Assembly: GCF_018336915.1 (NCBI RefSeq) | Contig: NZ_CP064923.1 | Span: forward strand, 2,310,001-2,342,000 | DNA length: 32,000 nt | Direction: 5' to 3' | Source of the DNA: Acaryochloris marina S15 | GTDB lineage: Bacteria; Cyanobacteriota; Cyanobacteriia; Thermosynechococcales; Thermosynechococcaceae | Shown here: piece after piece, positions 7,840 to 16,797 of the stretch | How the letters are laid out: each line of letters opens with the position of its first letter | Position numbering within the stretch: the first letter of the stretch is position 1 | The notes under the pieces: generated by a model | Databases searched by the model: none | Seen by the model: the letters and a program-made list of their open reading frames with translations, nothing else | Told to the model about the DNA's origin: nothing | Translations under genes and position numbers: made by a program

Positions 7840-8493
7840 TTATAGCACTCGCCAAATCAATAGCCAAAGGGTCAAAATACTGGTGGTCAACATCGCTTTT
7901 TGGGGGGCAAGGCACTTGACGCCCCAGTACAGTAACCATAATGACCAGAGGCTACCTACCAAGACGCACCAAAATAGCAGTTGGAGGAACACGTGTCCGT
8001 TCAAGATTTGGCTGTATAGGTGGAGCCAAGTTAGGTATTGGTTGAATAGGGGTTCTTCCGGTCTAAATGCTACAAATTGGGTAAAGGGAATCACGCGTCC
8101 GGTCGCTGGCCATAGCCCGGCAGCGCCCACCATGATCAATCCCACAATTGCCAGGGGCCATTGGGTCCACCCTGCAAGCTGCCAAGCCCGCCTTTGGCCG
8201 GTGAGCCATTGAATCATCCATCCGTACACTCCCCAGCTCAATAAGGGCCAACCCATTAAGCCAATGAGTAGGAGGATTACCCAAAACGGGGGGCTTCCAG
8301 TTTCGGCCCTGAAAGACTGTATTAACTCGGTAGAAATAATGGGGGATAAGTTCCGGGTCCAGAGCCCATAGGCGATGTACCGGAGCCAGCCTGCACTTAA
8401 GACAATGCCTAAGGGCACCCAATGTTGAAGCGGTTGATCAAATAGTTGCCGAAAAAAGCGGTGGGGTTGAACAATCAGTGTCCACAGGTTCAT
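7840..8493 (-). CDS. Trp-rich multi-pass membrane protein (Yip1-like topology, family uncertain)
   Basis: This ATG ORF has about five or six hydrophobic segments. Its N-terminus MNLWTLIVQPHRFFRQL resembles Yip1/DUF1282-type proteins, but I could not verify the assignment. Confidence 0.6.
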   Translation of the reverse strand: MNLWTLIVQPHRFFRQLFDQPLQHWVPLGIVLSAGWLRYIAYGLWTRNLSPIISTELIQSFRAETGSPPFWVILLLIGLMGWPLLSWGVYGWMIQWLTGQRRAWQLAGWTQWPLAIVGLIMVGAAGLWPATGRVIPFTQFVAFRPEEPLFNQYLTWLHLYSQILNGHVFLQLLFWCVLVGSLWSLWLLYWGVKCLAPQKAMLTTSILTLWLLIWRVL

Positions 8494-8580
8494 CGTTCCA
8501 TTCTAAAACCTTGGTTTGTATTCACACCTATTAATTGTATTTTTAGGTGTTAAGTCTGGTTTATTTTAGGTGTAATATTT

Positions 8581-11040
8581 CTATGTGAATTCTGACAATA
8601 TCCGTTCAAGTCCTTTGAGTCGAACGGGTTTTGCAATGTAGTCGTCCATGCCTGAGGCTAAATACGACTCGCGATCGCCCTGCATCGTATTGGCTGTCAT
8701 AGCAACAATGCGTGGCCGAGTTGTGTTATCCCACTCTTCACAAATACTCTGGGCTGTGGTGATGCCGTCCATCTCCGGCATTTGGACATCCATCAGCACC
8801 ACATCATAGGTTTGTTTACGCAATGCTGCTAGCACCTCCAATCCATTGGTGACCAGATCTGCTTGATAGCCCAAGCGATCGAGTAACTTAAGAATGACTT
8901 TTTGATTGACAACGTTATCTTCCGCCACCAAAATTCTGACCGGAGAAGTGGTCGGTGGTTGGAGTGGCTTGGATGTTGAGGGCTGGACAATATCGGACAG
9001 ATGAGTGGAGAGAGATTTGATTAGGGCCTGGTAGAGCCTAAATTGCTTAACGGGTTTACTGAGAGAGGCCGATAGAAGAGGCTGATATTGCCAAATGGCT
9101 GCACTTTCGCCGATGGCACATAAGCCAATAATGGGGAGTGGGGCTTGAACATGATTTTGAGTCAGCTCCGACAGGAGTCTGGGCCAGGCCATATCGGGGA
9201 GCTGCAGATCTGCGATCGCAACATCAAATCTCATGTTCCTAACCCATTCCATGGCCTCCCAGCCAGATGAAGCCAAGGTGGGAACTAATCCCCAAGTCTG
9301 GACTTGTTGGCAAAGAATCTGGCCCGTGCTGGCATTGTCTTCTACAATCAAAACCCGTTTATTTTGGAATTGGGGTTCTGTTTCTCGGTGATCCTCAGGG
9401 CCTGGTAAAGCAGAAGCCGCAATGGTGAAGAAAAAGGTTGAACCAATCCCCACCTGACTCTCCACCCAAATCGTCCCGCCCATCAGCTCGCAGAGTTGTT
9501 TGCTAATGGCCAATCCTAATCCCGTTCCACCATATTCCCGGGTAATGGAGGAGTCTAGTTGGCAAAAAGACTGAAACAGTTTTTGCTGATGATCCGGGGC
9601 AATGCCAATGCCGGTATCTTTGACGGCAAAGAGGAGTTCATGGAGGGATAAAGGGACTTCTGGGGTCATCTCCGCAGTGGCGACATCTCGGGCAGAGATG
9701 GTTACAATGACTTCGCCAGAGGCCGTGAACTTCACCGCATTTCCCAGCAGGTTGACAAGGATTTGCCGGAGGCGATTGGCATCTCCCTGGATATGGATGG
9801 GGGTTCCGGGTTCAATACAATAAGCCAGTTCCAGCCCTTTGGCTGTCGCTTTGGAGTTGACAATATCTAAGGCTTCTTCCACACAGGTGGAGATGGGGAA
9901 GGGATGTAGCTCTAGTTCTAATTTCCCTGACTCAATTTTCGAAAAATCAAGAATGTCATTAATGATATTGAGGAGTGATTCACCGCTGGTTCGAATCGTT
10001 TCCACAAAATCCTGCTGATGGGGATCGAGGTGAGTATCTTTCAGTAAATCCGTCATGCCGATCACGGCATTCATCGGCGTGCGAATTTCGTGGCTAATCA
10101 TGGCCAGGAACTCGCTTTTGGCGAGGTTTGCTGCTTGGGCGGCTTGGCTACTTTCTAGCAGAGCCTGATTTTTGGTTTGGAGGGCAGTTTGTAGTTGTAA
10201 TGTTTTTTGGAGCTGGAGATACAGGGCGGCCTCGGCTTGTTTGCGTTGGCTAATATCCTGCATTTCTGCAATGAAATAGGAGGGTTTCCCCTGGGAATTG
10301 TGGATTAAGGCAACATTTAAGAGGACGGAAAGGGTATGCCCCAACCGATGAAGAAACCGTTTTTCAGTCTGATAACTGGGCGTTTGACCGATTAAGAGCT
10401 GTCGAATTTGATGCCGATCAATGTCTTGATCCTCTGGGTGAGTCAGATCTTCAATGCGCAATTTTAGGAGTTCAGATGGCCCATAGCCTAAGAGTTGGCT
10501 TAAGGCTAGGTTGACTTGGAGCCAAGATCCATCTAAAGCGAGTAATGCTTTGGCGATGGCGGCATTATTAAAGGATGTCCGAAACCGCTCTTCGATCTGG
10601 ATGGTTTGTTGCTTGAGCAGGGCTTCCCGTTTCTTTTGTAGATCCTTTTTGATGGTGATATCTCGGCAAATCCCCCAAACCTGCCGATCTCCCGTCCTCG
10701 CATCTGTGGTCGGGGTATAAATCGTGTCGTAGTAGTAGCGTTGATGATTAAATACGAGTTCCTGTTCAGCAAAAATTCTTTCCCCCGTTTCCAAGGCCGA
10801 TGTGATAAATGGATCGATTAGTTCTGCTTGTGGCCCCAAGAGTTTCTGGTTCGTTTGACCCAGGATTTGTTCATAGGCCAACTGCAGCCGCTGGGCACCG
10901 ATTTTATTGATAGTGATAATTCGCAAATTTCGGTCATAGGCCACGAAGATATCAACCGTTTGGTCAATAAAGGCCGCGAAGGGATTGGCCAATGAAAGAG
11001 AAGAAGCGATGTTGAATGGATCCGCAGGCTGTTGTGGCAT
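8581..11040 (-). CDS. Hybrid sensor histidine kinase (PAS-PAS-HisKA-HATPase_c-REC-REC)
   Basis: The H-box is SHEIRTPMN. The N, G1 and G2 boxes are LLGNAVKFT, DTGIGI and GGTGLGLAISKQL. Two receiver domains follow (VLIVEDN...VAIADLQLPDM and ILVAEDN...VVLMDVQMPEMDG...KPV). The track start at 11064 is TTG, and I prefer ATG 11040 (MPQQPADPF), though the choice is ambiguous. Confidence 0.9.
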   Translation of the reverse strand: MPQQPADPFNIASSLSLANPFAAFIDQTVDIFVAYDRNLRIITINKIGAQRLQLAYEQILGQTNQKLLGPQAELIDPFITSALETGERIFAEQELVFNHQRYYYDTIYTPTTDARTGDRQVWGICRDITIKKDLQKKREALLKQQTIQIEERFRTSFNNAAIAKALLALDGSWLQVNLALSQLLGYGPSELLKLRIEDLTHPEDQDIDRHQIRQLLIGQTPSYQTEKRFLHRLGHTLSVLLNVALIHNSQGKPSYFIAEMQDISQRKQAEAALYLQLQKTLQLQTALQTKNQALLESSQAAQAANLAKSEFLAMISHEIRTPMNAVIGMTDLLKDTHLDPHQQDFVETIRTSGESLLNIINDILDFSKIESGKLELELHPFPISTCVEEALDIVNSKATAKGLELAYCIEPGTPIHIQGDANRLRQILVNLLGNAVKFTASGEVIVTISARDVATAEMTPEVPLSLHELLFAVKDTGIGIAPDHQQKLFQSFCQLDSSITREYGGTGLGLAISKQLCELMGGTIWVESQVGIGSTFFFTIAASALPGPEDHRETEPQFQNKRVLIVEDNASTGQILCQQVQTWGLVPTLASSGWEAMEWVRNMRFDVAIADLQLPDMAWPRLLSELTQNHVQAPLPIIGLCAIGESAAIWQYQPLLSASLSKPVKQFRLYQALIKSLSTHLSDIVQPSTSKPLQPPTTSPVRILVAEDNVVNQKVILKLLDRLGYQADLVTNGLEVLAALRKQTYDVVLMDVQMPEMDGITTAQSICEEWDNTTRPRIVAMTANTMQGDRESYLASGMDDYIAKPVRLKGLERILSEFT

Positions 11041-11168
11041 TGGGATAATCGTTGATCCCCTCAACAGGTCTAAATAGAAAGTCGGCTGACGTAATTATGG
11101 CATGCTCATTCAAAGACCTGCATGGAGCTTGCTACAGTATTCACTGATGGATAAGGACTTTCCTCTCT

Positions 11169-11981
11169 ATGTGCCGTTTGTTGGGCTATTTAGGCGAACC
11201 GGTTTCGTTAGATACCTTTCTTATTACTCCCCGCCATTCCCTCGTGGCCCAGAGTTACCAGCCCAAAGAAATGACGGCGGGTTTAATTAATGCCGATGGT
11301 TTTGGCATGGGTTGGTACAAGCCCGCTACAGATCAACTGCCCTATCGGTATCGCAATAGTTTGCCCATTTGGAACGATCCGAATTTTGAGGAACTCTGTC
11401 GCTATATTTCTTCTGGAAGTTTTTTGGCTTATATTCGCAGCGCCACCTTGGGGCAAAGTCTGCAGCTTAGTAATTGCCAGCCGTTTGGCGATGGGCAGTT
11501 ACTGGGGATTCACAATGGTTTTATTGAACGGTTCCGCCAAACCCTATATCGACCGATGCGGGAATGTCTCGGTGACGAACGCTATCAAAGTATCGAAGGA
11601 ACAACAGACTCAGAACATATTCTGGCTTTAATCTATGAAACTCTGGCTCAAAATCCTGAGCAAACCCTGGTGGGTGCGTTAACCCAAACCTTGAACCAGA
11701 TTAAGACTTGGGCTAAGTCCTATGAGGTGCGCGTTAGCTTGAATATCGTTCTCAGTGATGGTCAATCCATGACGGTGTCTCGCTTTGCCTATCCAGATCC
11801 GCCCCCATCTTTGTATTGGCTGAATGTCACCCATCCGGTGAAAGGGGTGGTGGTAGCTTCGGAGCCTTTGGATGCAGATGAGCAGATGCGATCGCAGTTT
11901 GGAGACTGCTGGCAATCCATTCCGGCAAACAGTTTATTAACCATCAATCCCAAGGGAGAAGTCACCACTCATGCCCTCTAA
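11169..11981 (+). CDS. egtC: Class-II (Ntn) glutamine amidotransferase, EgtC-like gamma-glutamyl hercynylcysteine sulfoxide hydrolase
   Basis: The N-terminus MCRLLGYLG carries the Cys2 nucleophile typical of Ntn amidotransferases and EgtC. The gene sits immediately upstream of egtB and overlaps it by 11 bp. Confidence 0.75.
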   Translation: MCRLLGYLGEPVSLDTFLITPRHSLVAQSYQPKEMTAGLINADGFGMGWYKPATDQLPYRYRNSLPIWNDPNFEELCRYISSGSFLAYIRSATLGQSLQLSNCQPFGDGQLLGIHNGFIERFRQTLYRPMRECLGDERYQSIEGTTDSEHILALIYETLAQNPEQTLVGALTQTLNQIKTWAKSYEVRVSLNIVLSDGQSMTVSRFAYPDPPPSLYWLNVTHPVKGVVVASEPLDADEQMRSQFGDCWQSIPANSLLTINPKGEVTTHAL

Positions 11982-13269
11982 GGAGATGTTTACTGAAACA
12001 GAACACCTACAATTAGCTATTAGGGAAACCCTGACTCAGTCCCGCGCTCGCACCCTCCAGTTATTTGAAGACGTCAGTGAAGATACGTTTCGACTGCAAG
12101 CCAATTCTGACTTTAGTCCTGTGGGATGGCATTTAGGACATATTGGCTTTACCGAAGGACTTTGGCTTTTAGAGCATGAAGCTGGATTCGCTCCACTATT
12201 TCCTGAGTATCGGCAGTTATTTGCGGCGGATGGGTTACCGAAGGCTGAGCGGCAAAATCTACCCTCTTTTACAGAGATTTGTGCCTATCTAGATCAAATC
12301 CGGAATCAAGTTTGGGACTATTTGCTGGAAGCCCCCTTAGACTCTCGGGCTTGGCTATGGCATTGGCTAGTCCAGCATGAAAGTCAGCATTGCGAGACGA
12401 TCACCTGGGTTCTTCAACTGCATCGCCGAAAATCACAACCCGTTGCTTTTGTGCCAAAGGAAAAGAAATGGCCCGTTGCCGTTGTCAATGTCTCTAAAAC
12501 TGCAAAGACATCCCTGCCAGATCCAGGCATGCTTCCGATTGAAGGGGGGCGATTCTTATTAGGCAATGACCAGTTAGAAGCCCTGGATAACGAAAAAAAA
12601 TCTCATTGGGTTCAGGTAGATTCGTTTTGGATGGATCGATTTCCGGTGACTCAAGGTCAATATCAACAGTTCATTGAGGCTGGAGGATATGGCCAGTCTC
12701 ACTATTGGTCAGCAGCGGGATGGCAATGGTTGCAATCTAACCCCGTCAATCATCCCACCCACTGGATGGCAGAGGGGGGAGCTGATCATCCAGTCTGTGG
12801 GGTGAGCTGGTATGAAGCCGATGCCTATGCCCGGTTTGTGGGTAAACGCCTGCCTACCGAGGCGGAATGGGAAAAAGCGGCCTGCTGGCACCCTGCACCC
12901 CAGGATCCTCCCACCAAGCGAGACTACCCTTGGGGCAACCAGGCCCTAGAAAAGCATCACTGTAATCATGGGGGCTTGCAGTGGGGGACAACCCCCGTCC
13001 ATCAGTATGCAAAAGGGCAAAGTGCCTATGGTTGTTTCGATTTACTGGGAAATGTTTGGGAATGGACGAATACTTGGTTCCATCCCTTTCCTGATTTCGA
13101 GCCCTATCCTTACAAAGGGTATTCCATGGTCTATTTTGATCACCAGCATCGCATCTTAAAAGGAGGCAGTTGGGCCACCCAGGCTCCAGTCCTCCGGGGG
13201 GCTTTCCGGAACTGGTATGAGCCTCGGATTCGAATTCATTTTGCCGGGTTTCGCTGTGCCTATGGCTAG
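11971..13269 (+). CDS. egtB: Ergothioneine biosynthesis sulfoxide synthase EgtB (DinB_2 + FGE-sulfatase domains)
   Basis: The N-terminal DinB-like His motifs are WHLGHIGFTE and HESQHCETI. The C-terminal FGE/SUMF1-like region contains GVSWYEADAYARFVGKRLPTEAEWEKAA, GNVWEWT and GGSWAT. The gene is flanked by egtC and egtD. Confidence 0.8.
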   Translation: MPSKEMFTETEHLQLAIRETLTQSRARTLQLFEDVSEDTFRLQANSDFSPVGWHLGHIGFTEGLWLLEHEAGFAPLFPEYRQLFAADGLPKAERQNLPSFTEICAYLDQIRNQVWDYLLEAPLDSRAWLWHWLVQHESQHCETITWVLQLHRRKSQPVAFVPKEKKWPVAVVNVSKTAKTSLPDPGMLPIEGGRFLLGNDQLEALDNEKKSHWVQVDSFWMDRFPVTQGQYQQFIEAGGYGQSHYWSAAGWQWLQSNPVNHPTHWMAEGGADHPVCGVSWYEADAYARFVGKRLPTEAEWEKAACWHPAPQDPPTKRDYPWGNQALEKHHCNHGGLQWGTTPVHQYAKGQSAYGCFDLLGNVWEWTNTWFHPFPDFEPYPYKGYSMVYFDHQHRILKGGSWATQAPVLRGAFRNWYEPRIRIHFAGFRCAYG

Positions 13270-13355
13270 TTGTGCGGGTTTGTTTGGGATGGTTTACAGT
13301 GGTTGGGAACCTTAGGTGACCGTTGTGTTGCCTCCCTGTTGGAGACCTCTCACCC

Positions 13356-14474
13356 ATGCTTGAGTCTGTGCATACAGCAACTCAATCCCTGTCGGCACTA
13401 TCCCCTACGGACCTTCCATCTCGTTTACAGATTACCCAATTTGCTTCGGACCCGTCTCCGACCGCTACCCAGCCAGGACTAGATGTGATTCAAGGGTTGT
13501 CGAAAACGCCCAAAACCCTCCCGGCTAAATATTTTTACGATGATCCAGGCTCTCAACTTTTTGAAAAAATCTGTGAGTTGCCGGAATATTACCCCACCCG
13601 GACTGAGACTGCTATTCTCCAGGCCTATGCATCCGAAATCGCCACCATCACTGGCCCTAGTGAGTTAGTAGAATTGGGGAGTGGCAGTTCTACAAAGACA
13701 CGGTTGCTCTTAGATGCCTATGTTGATATTGGTCTTGCCTCTTGGTACTGCCCCATTGACGTGAGCGGCGGTATCCTCAAACAGAGCGCCATCAACCTAC
13801 TCAAGGACTATCCCACCCTCAATATTCATGGCTATGTCGGCACCTATGAGGCCGCTCTAGCTGCCTTGCCGCCCTCTCAATTGCCAACCCGGATGATTTG
13901 CTTTCTGGGCAGTACTCTGGGGAATCTTAACCCTCAGGAATGTGAACACTTCTTTGCTGAGTTAACCCAAGCGTTGCAACCCGGTGAGTATTTACTGTTA
14001 GGGGTAGATTTACAAAAATCGGTTCAGCAATTAGAAGCTGCCTATAACGATAGCCAAGGGGTGACGGCCGCGTTTAACTTGAATATGCTGCAGCATCTCA
14101 ATCAGCGATTTCAAGGTGATTTCCAGGTGGATAATTTCCAACACCAAGCGTTTTACAATCTGGATGAGCATCAGATCGAAATGCATCTCGTTAGCCTAAA
14201 GACTCAGCAGGTCAACCTAGCGGCCCTGGATCTGGCGGTTGAGTTTGACCAGGAAGAAACCATCCGGACTGAAATCTCTCGTAAATTTGATTTAGAGACC
14301 TTAAAGCAACAATTGCGCTCCGTCTCTCAGGAATTGGCGGAGTCTTCGGATGGAGGGGAGACTTCAATACAAAAGGAATTAACCCCCTTGCGAACTTGGA
14401 CGGATGCAAACCAATGGTTTGGGCTGGTTCTTTGCCAATGCCAGGAAATTTCTCAGGTGACCCAGGAGAGCTGA
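13356..14474 (+). CDS. egtD: L-histidine N-alpha-methyltransferase EgtD
   Basis: YFYDDPGSQLFEKICELPEYYPTRTETAIL and ELGSGSSTKTRLLL (SAM-binding) are characteristic of EgtD, as is the C-terminal TDANQWFGLVLCQ. The track start at 13323 is TTG, so I use ATG 13356. Confidence 0.85.
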   Translation: MLESVHTATQSLSALSPTDLPSRLQITQFASDPSPTATQPGLDVIQGLSKTPKTLPAKYFYDDPGSQLFEKICELPEYYPTRTETAILQAYASEIATITGPSELVELGSGSSTKTRLLLDAYVDIGLASWYCPIDVSGGILKQSAINLLKDYPTLNIHGYVGTYEAALAALPPSQLPTRMICFLGSTLGNLNPQECEHFFAELTQALQPGEYLLLGVDLQKSVQQLEAAYNDSQGVTAAFNLNMLQHLNQRFQGDFQVDNFQHQAFYNLDEHQIEMHLVSLKTQQVNLAALDLAVEFDQEETIRTEISRKFDLETLKQQLRSVSQELAESSDGGETSIQKELTPLRTWTDANQWFGLVLCQCQEISQVTQES

Positions 14475-14735
14475 TGGATGCCCCAGGAATAAGACGGCTA
14501 AGGTATTCTGTAGAAATAAGGATGATGGTGCACATGAACCAAGAGGTGGTTAATGTCAGGAGACTTTCTCCCTTGTAGGGGCAATTCCAAGATGTTTCTC
14601 CTCAGCTGAAGAATTCATTCTTCTCCAGAGGCCATTCTCACGCACAGAACAGAATCCGTTCCGCAGGATAAAATATTAAATTCAACGGTTCACGATACAG
14701 ATCGCACTAGGCTGGCGATAGGAGAAATAGAGTTC

Positions 14736-16748
14736 ATGGGCAGAATTGTCGGCATTGACCTAGGTACTACTAATTCAGTGGTGGCAGTGATGGAGGGAGG
14801 CAAGCCAGTTGTGATTGCCAACACCGAAGGCAGCCGTACAACCCCTTCTGTGGTGGCTTTTGGCAAAGAAGGAGAACGTCTTGTTGGTCAATTAGCCCGC
14901 AGACAAACTGTCCTCAATCCCCAAAATACCTTCTATGCCTTTAAACGATATGTTGGGCGTCGGTATAGCGAATTATCTGCTTTTTCCAAACGGGTTCCCT
15001 ATACGATTCGGCGCGACCAGGCTGACAATATCAAAATAAAATGCCCGGCCTTGGAACGAGAATTTGCCCCGGAAGAGGTGTCAGCCATGATTCTGCGGAA
15101 ACTTGCAGATGAGGCGAGCCGTTTTCTTGGAGAACCGATTACTGGGGCAGTGATTACAGTGCCCGCCTACTTTAATGATGCTCAGCGACAGGCCACGCGG
15201 GATGCGGGGCGAATTGCGGGTTTAGAGGTAAAGCGGATTATTAATGAGCCGACCGCTGCGGCTCTAGCCTATGGATTGGACAATCAATATAACCAAACGG
15301 TGATGGTGGTTGATCTGGGCGGTGGCACCTTTGATGTCTCGATTCTGGACGTGGGAGATTCGGTCTTTGAAGTGCGGGCAACGAGTGGGGATACCCAATT
15401 GGGGGGCACGGATTTTGACCGGATTATTGTAGATTGGCTGGCTGAGCAGTTCCTAGAGCAAGAAAATATTGATCTGCGCCGGGAGCCCCAATCCCTGCAG
15501 CGCCTGACAGAAGCTGCAGAAAAGGCCAAAATCGAACTATCTGGTTTGCCCGAGACGAATGTGAGCCTGCCCTTTATCACGGCGACGGAAGAAGGCCCCA
15601 AACATATGGACGTGGTGTTGAGCCGGGGCCAGTTTGAAAATTTATGCGCCGATGTGGCGGAGCGCCTACAGGCCCCGGTGGAGCGAGCGTTGCGGGATAG
15701 TAATCTGCGCTCCATCGATATCGATGAAGTGGTGCTAGTGGGTGGCTCTACCCGCATCCCCATGGTCCAGAATCTGATTGGTCAGATGATCAACAAACGT
15801 CCGAATCAGAATGTTAATCCAGATGAAGTGGTGGCTGTGGGCGCTGCGATTCAGGCGGGGATTACGGCAGGCGATTTGCAGGATATTTTTCTGCTGGATG
15901 TGACACCCTTGTCCTTTGGCCTAGAAACGATTGGCGGGGTGATGAAGACCCTGATTCCTCGTAATACGACGATTCCGGTACGGCGTTCTGATGTCTTCTC
16001 TACGGCCCAAGACAATCAGAACCAGGTCGAAGTCCATGTGCTTCAAGGGGAACGACAGCTCGCGAATAGCAATAAATCCTTGGGACGGTTTCAGCTGCGG
16101 GGGATTCCGCCAGCGCCCCGAGGGGTGCCTCAAGTGCAGGTATCCTTTGATATCGACGCCAACGGCATTTTGCAAGTGACGGCGATGGATAAATACACGG
16201 GCCGTGAACAAACGATTACGGTCCAAGGGGCGGCCAATCTGTCAGATTCTGAAGTCAACCGGATGCTCCAGGAAGCGGAGCAGTTTGCCGATAAGGATCG
16301 GCTCCGTCGTGAGCGAATTGATAAGCGGAATCGGGGGCAAGATCTGATTAGCCAATGCGATCGCAAGCTGCGAGAAATCACCTTAGATTTTGGTCCTCAG
16401 TTCGCCAACAACCTGAGAAGGCGGGTCGAGACCCTGTCCCGAGACTTACAAGACAGCATTAACCAAGATCAGGATCGCCAGATCGATCTGGACTATGCCA
16501 ATCTCCAAGATGCGCTATATGAACTCAATCAAGAGGTGACTCGCGTCAATCAAGAGTACTACGATGACGAAGAGGAGCTATTCCCCTTGCCTTCTATGTC
16601 TTCGATCAGTGATGCTGTATCCAAAGGGGTGAATAAAGGCGTGGAATTGGTGACAGGGCGACCGTCGTCCGATGATCCACCCCCGCGTCGGTCTTCGAGT
16701 CGAATGGATGGGGACTTCTGGGAAGACTGGGATGATGATGATTGGTAA
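14736..16748 (+). CDS. dnaK: Hsp70 chaperone DnaK paralog with a divergent acidic, Trp-ending C-terminal tail (DnaK3-like by context)
   Basis: GIDLGTTNSVVAV, DLGGGTFDVSIL and VLVGGSTRIPMVQ are Hsp70 signatures. AGGAG lies upstream of ATG 14736. The tail ends ...DGDFWEDWDDDDW. Confidence 0.95.
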   Translation: MGRIVGIDLGTTNSVVAVMEGGKPVVIANTEGSRTTPSVVAFGKEGERLVGQLARRQTVLNPQNTFYAFKRYVGRRYSELSAFSKRVPYTIRRDQADNIKIKCPALEREFAPEEVSAMILRKLADEASRFLGEPITGAVITVPAYFNDAQRQATRDAGRIAGLEVKRIINEPTAAALAYGLDNQYNQTVMVVDLGGGTFDVSILDVGDSVFEVRATSGDTQLGGTDFDRIIVDWLAEQFLEQENIDLRREPQSLQRLTEAAEKAKIELSGLPETNVSLPFITATEEGPKHMDVVLSRGQFENLCADVAERLQAPVERALRDSNLRSIDIDEVVLVGGSTRIPMVQNLIGQMINKRPNQNVNPDEVVAVGAAIQAGITAGDLQDIFLLDVTPLSFGLETIGGVMKTLIPRNTTIPVRRSDVFSTAQDNQNQVEVHVLQGERQLANSNKSLGRFQLRGIPPAPRGVPQVQVSFDIDANGILQVTAMDKYTGREQTITVQGAANLSDSEVNRMLQEAEQFADKDRLRRERIDKRNRGQDLISQCDRKLREITLDFGPQFANNLRRRVETLSRDLQDSINQDQDRQIDLDYANLQDALYELNQEVTRVNQEYYDDEEELFPLPSMSSISDAVSKGVNKGVELVTGRPSSDDPPPRRSSSRMDGDFWEDWDDDDW

Positions 16749-16797
16749 ACTCAACGGTATCGTTGCAATTTTGGCGAACTAGGCTAACAAGAGGTAG

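Noticed and set aside
12854-13357. 167-aa minus-strand ORF overlapping the egtB 3' end
   Set aside because: It is antisense to the strongly supported EgtB FGE-sulfatase domain. The translation is Arg/Pro/Gly-rich, as is typical of shadow ORFs.
15284-16381. Minus-strand ORFs inside dnaK (15284..15763, 15921..16226, 16130..16381)
   Set aside because: They are antisense shadows of an unmistakable Hsp70 gene. The translations are Ser/Arg-rich and low in complexity.
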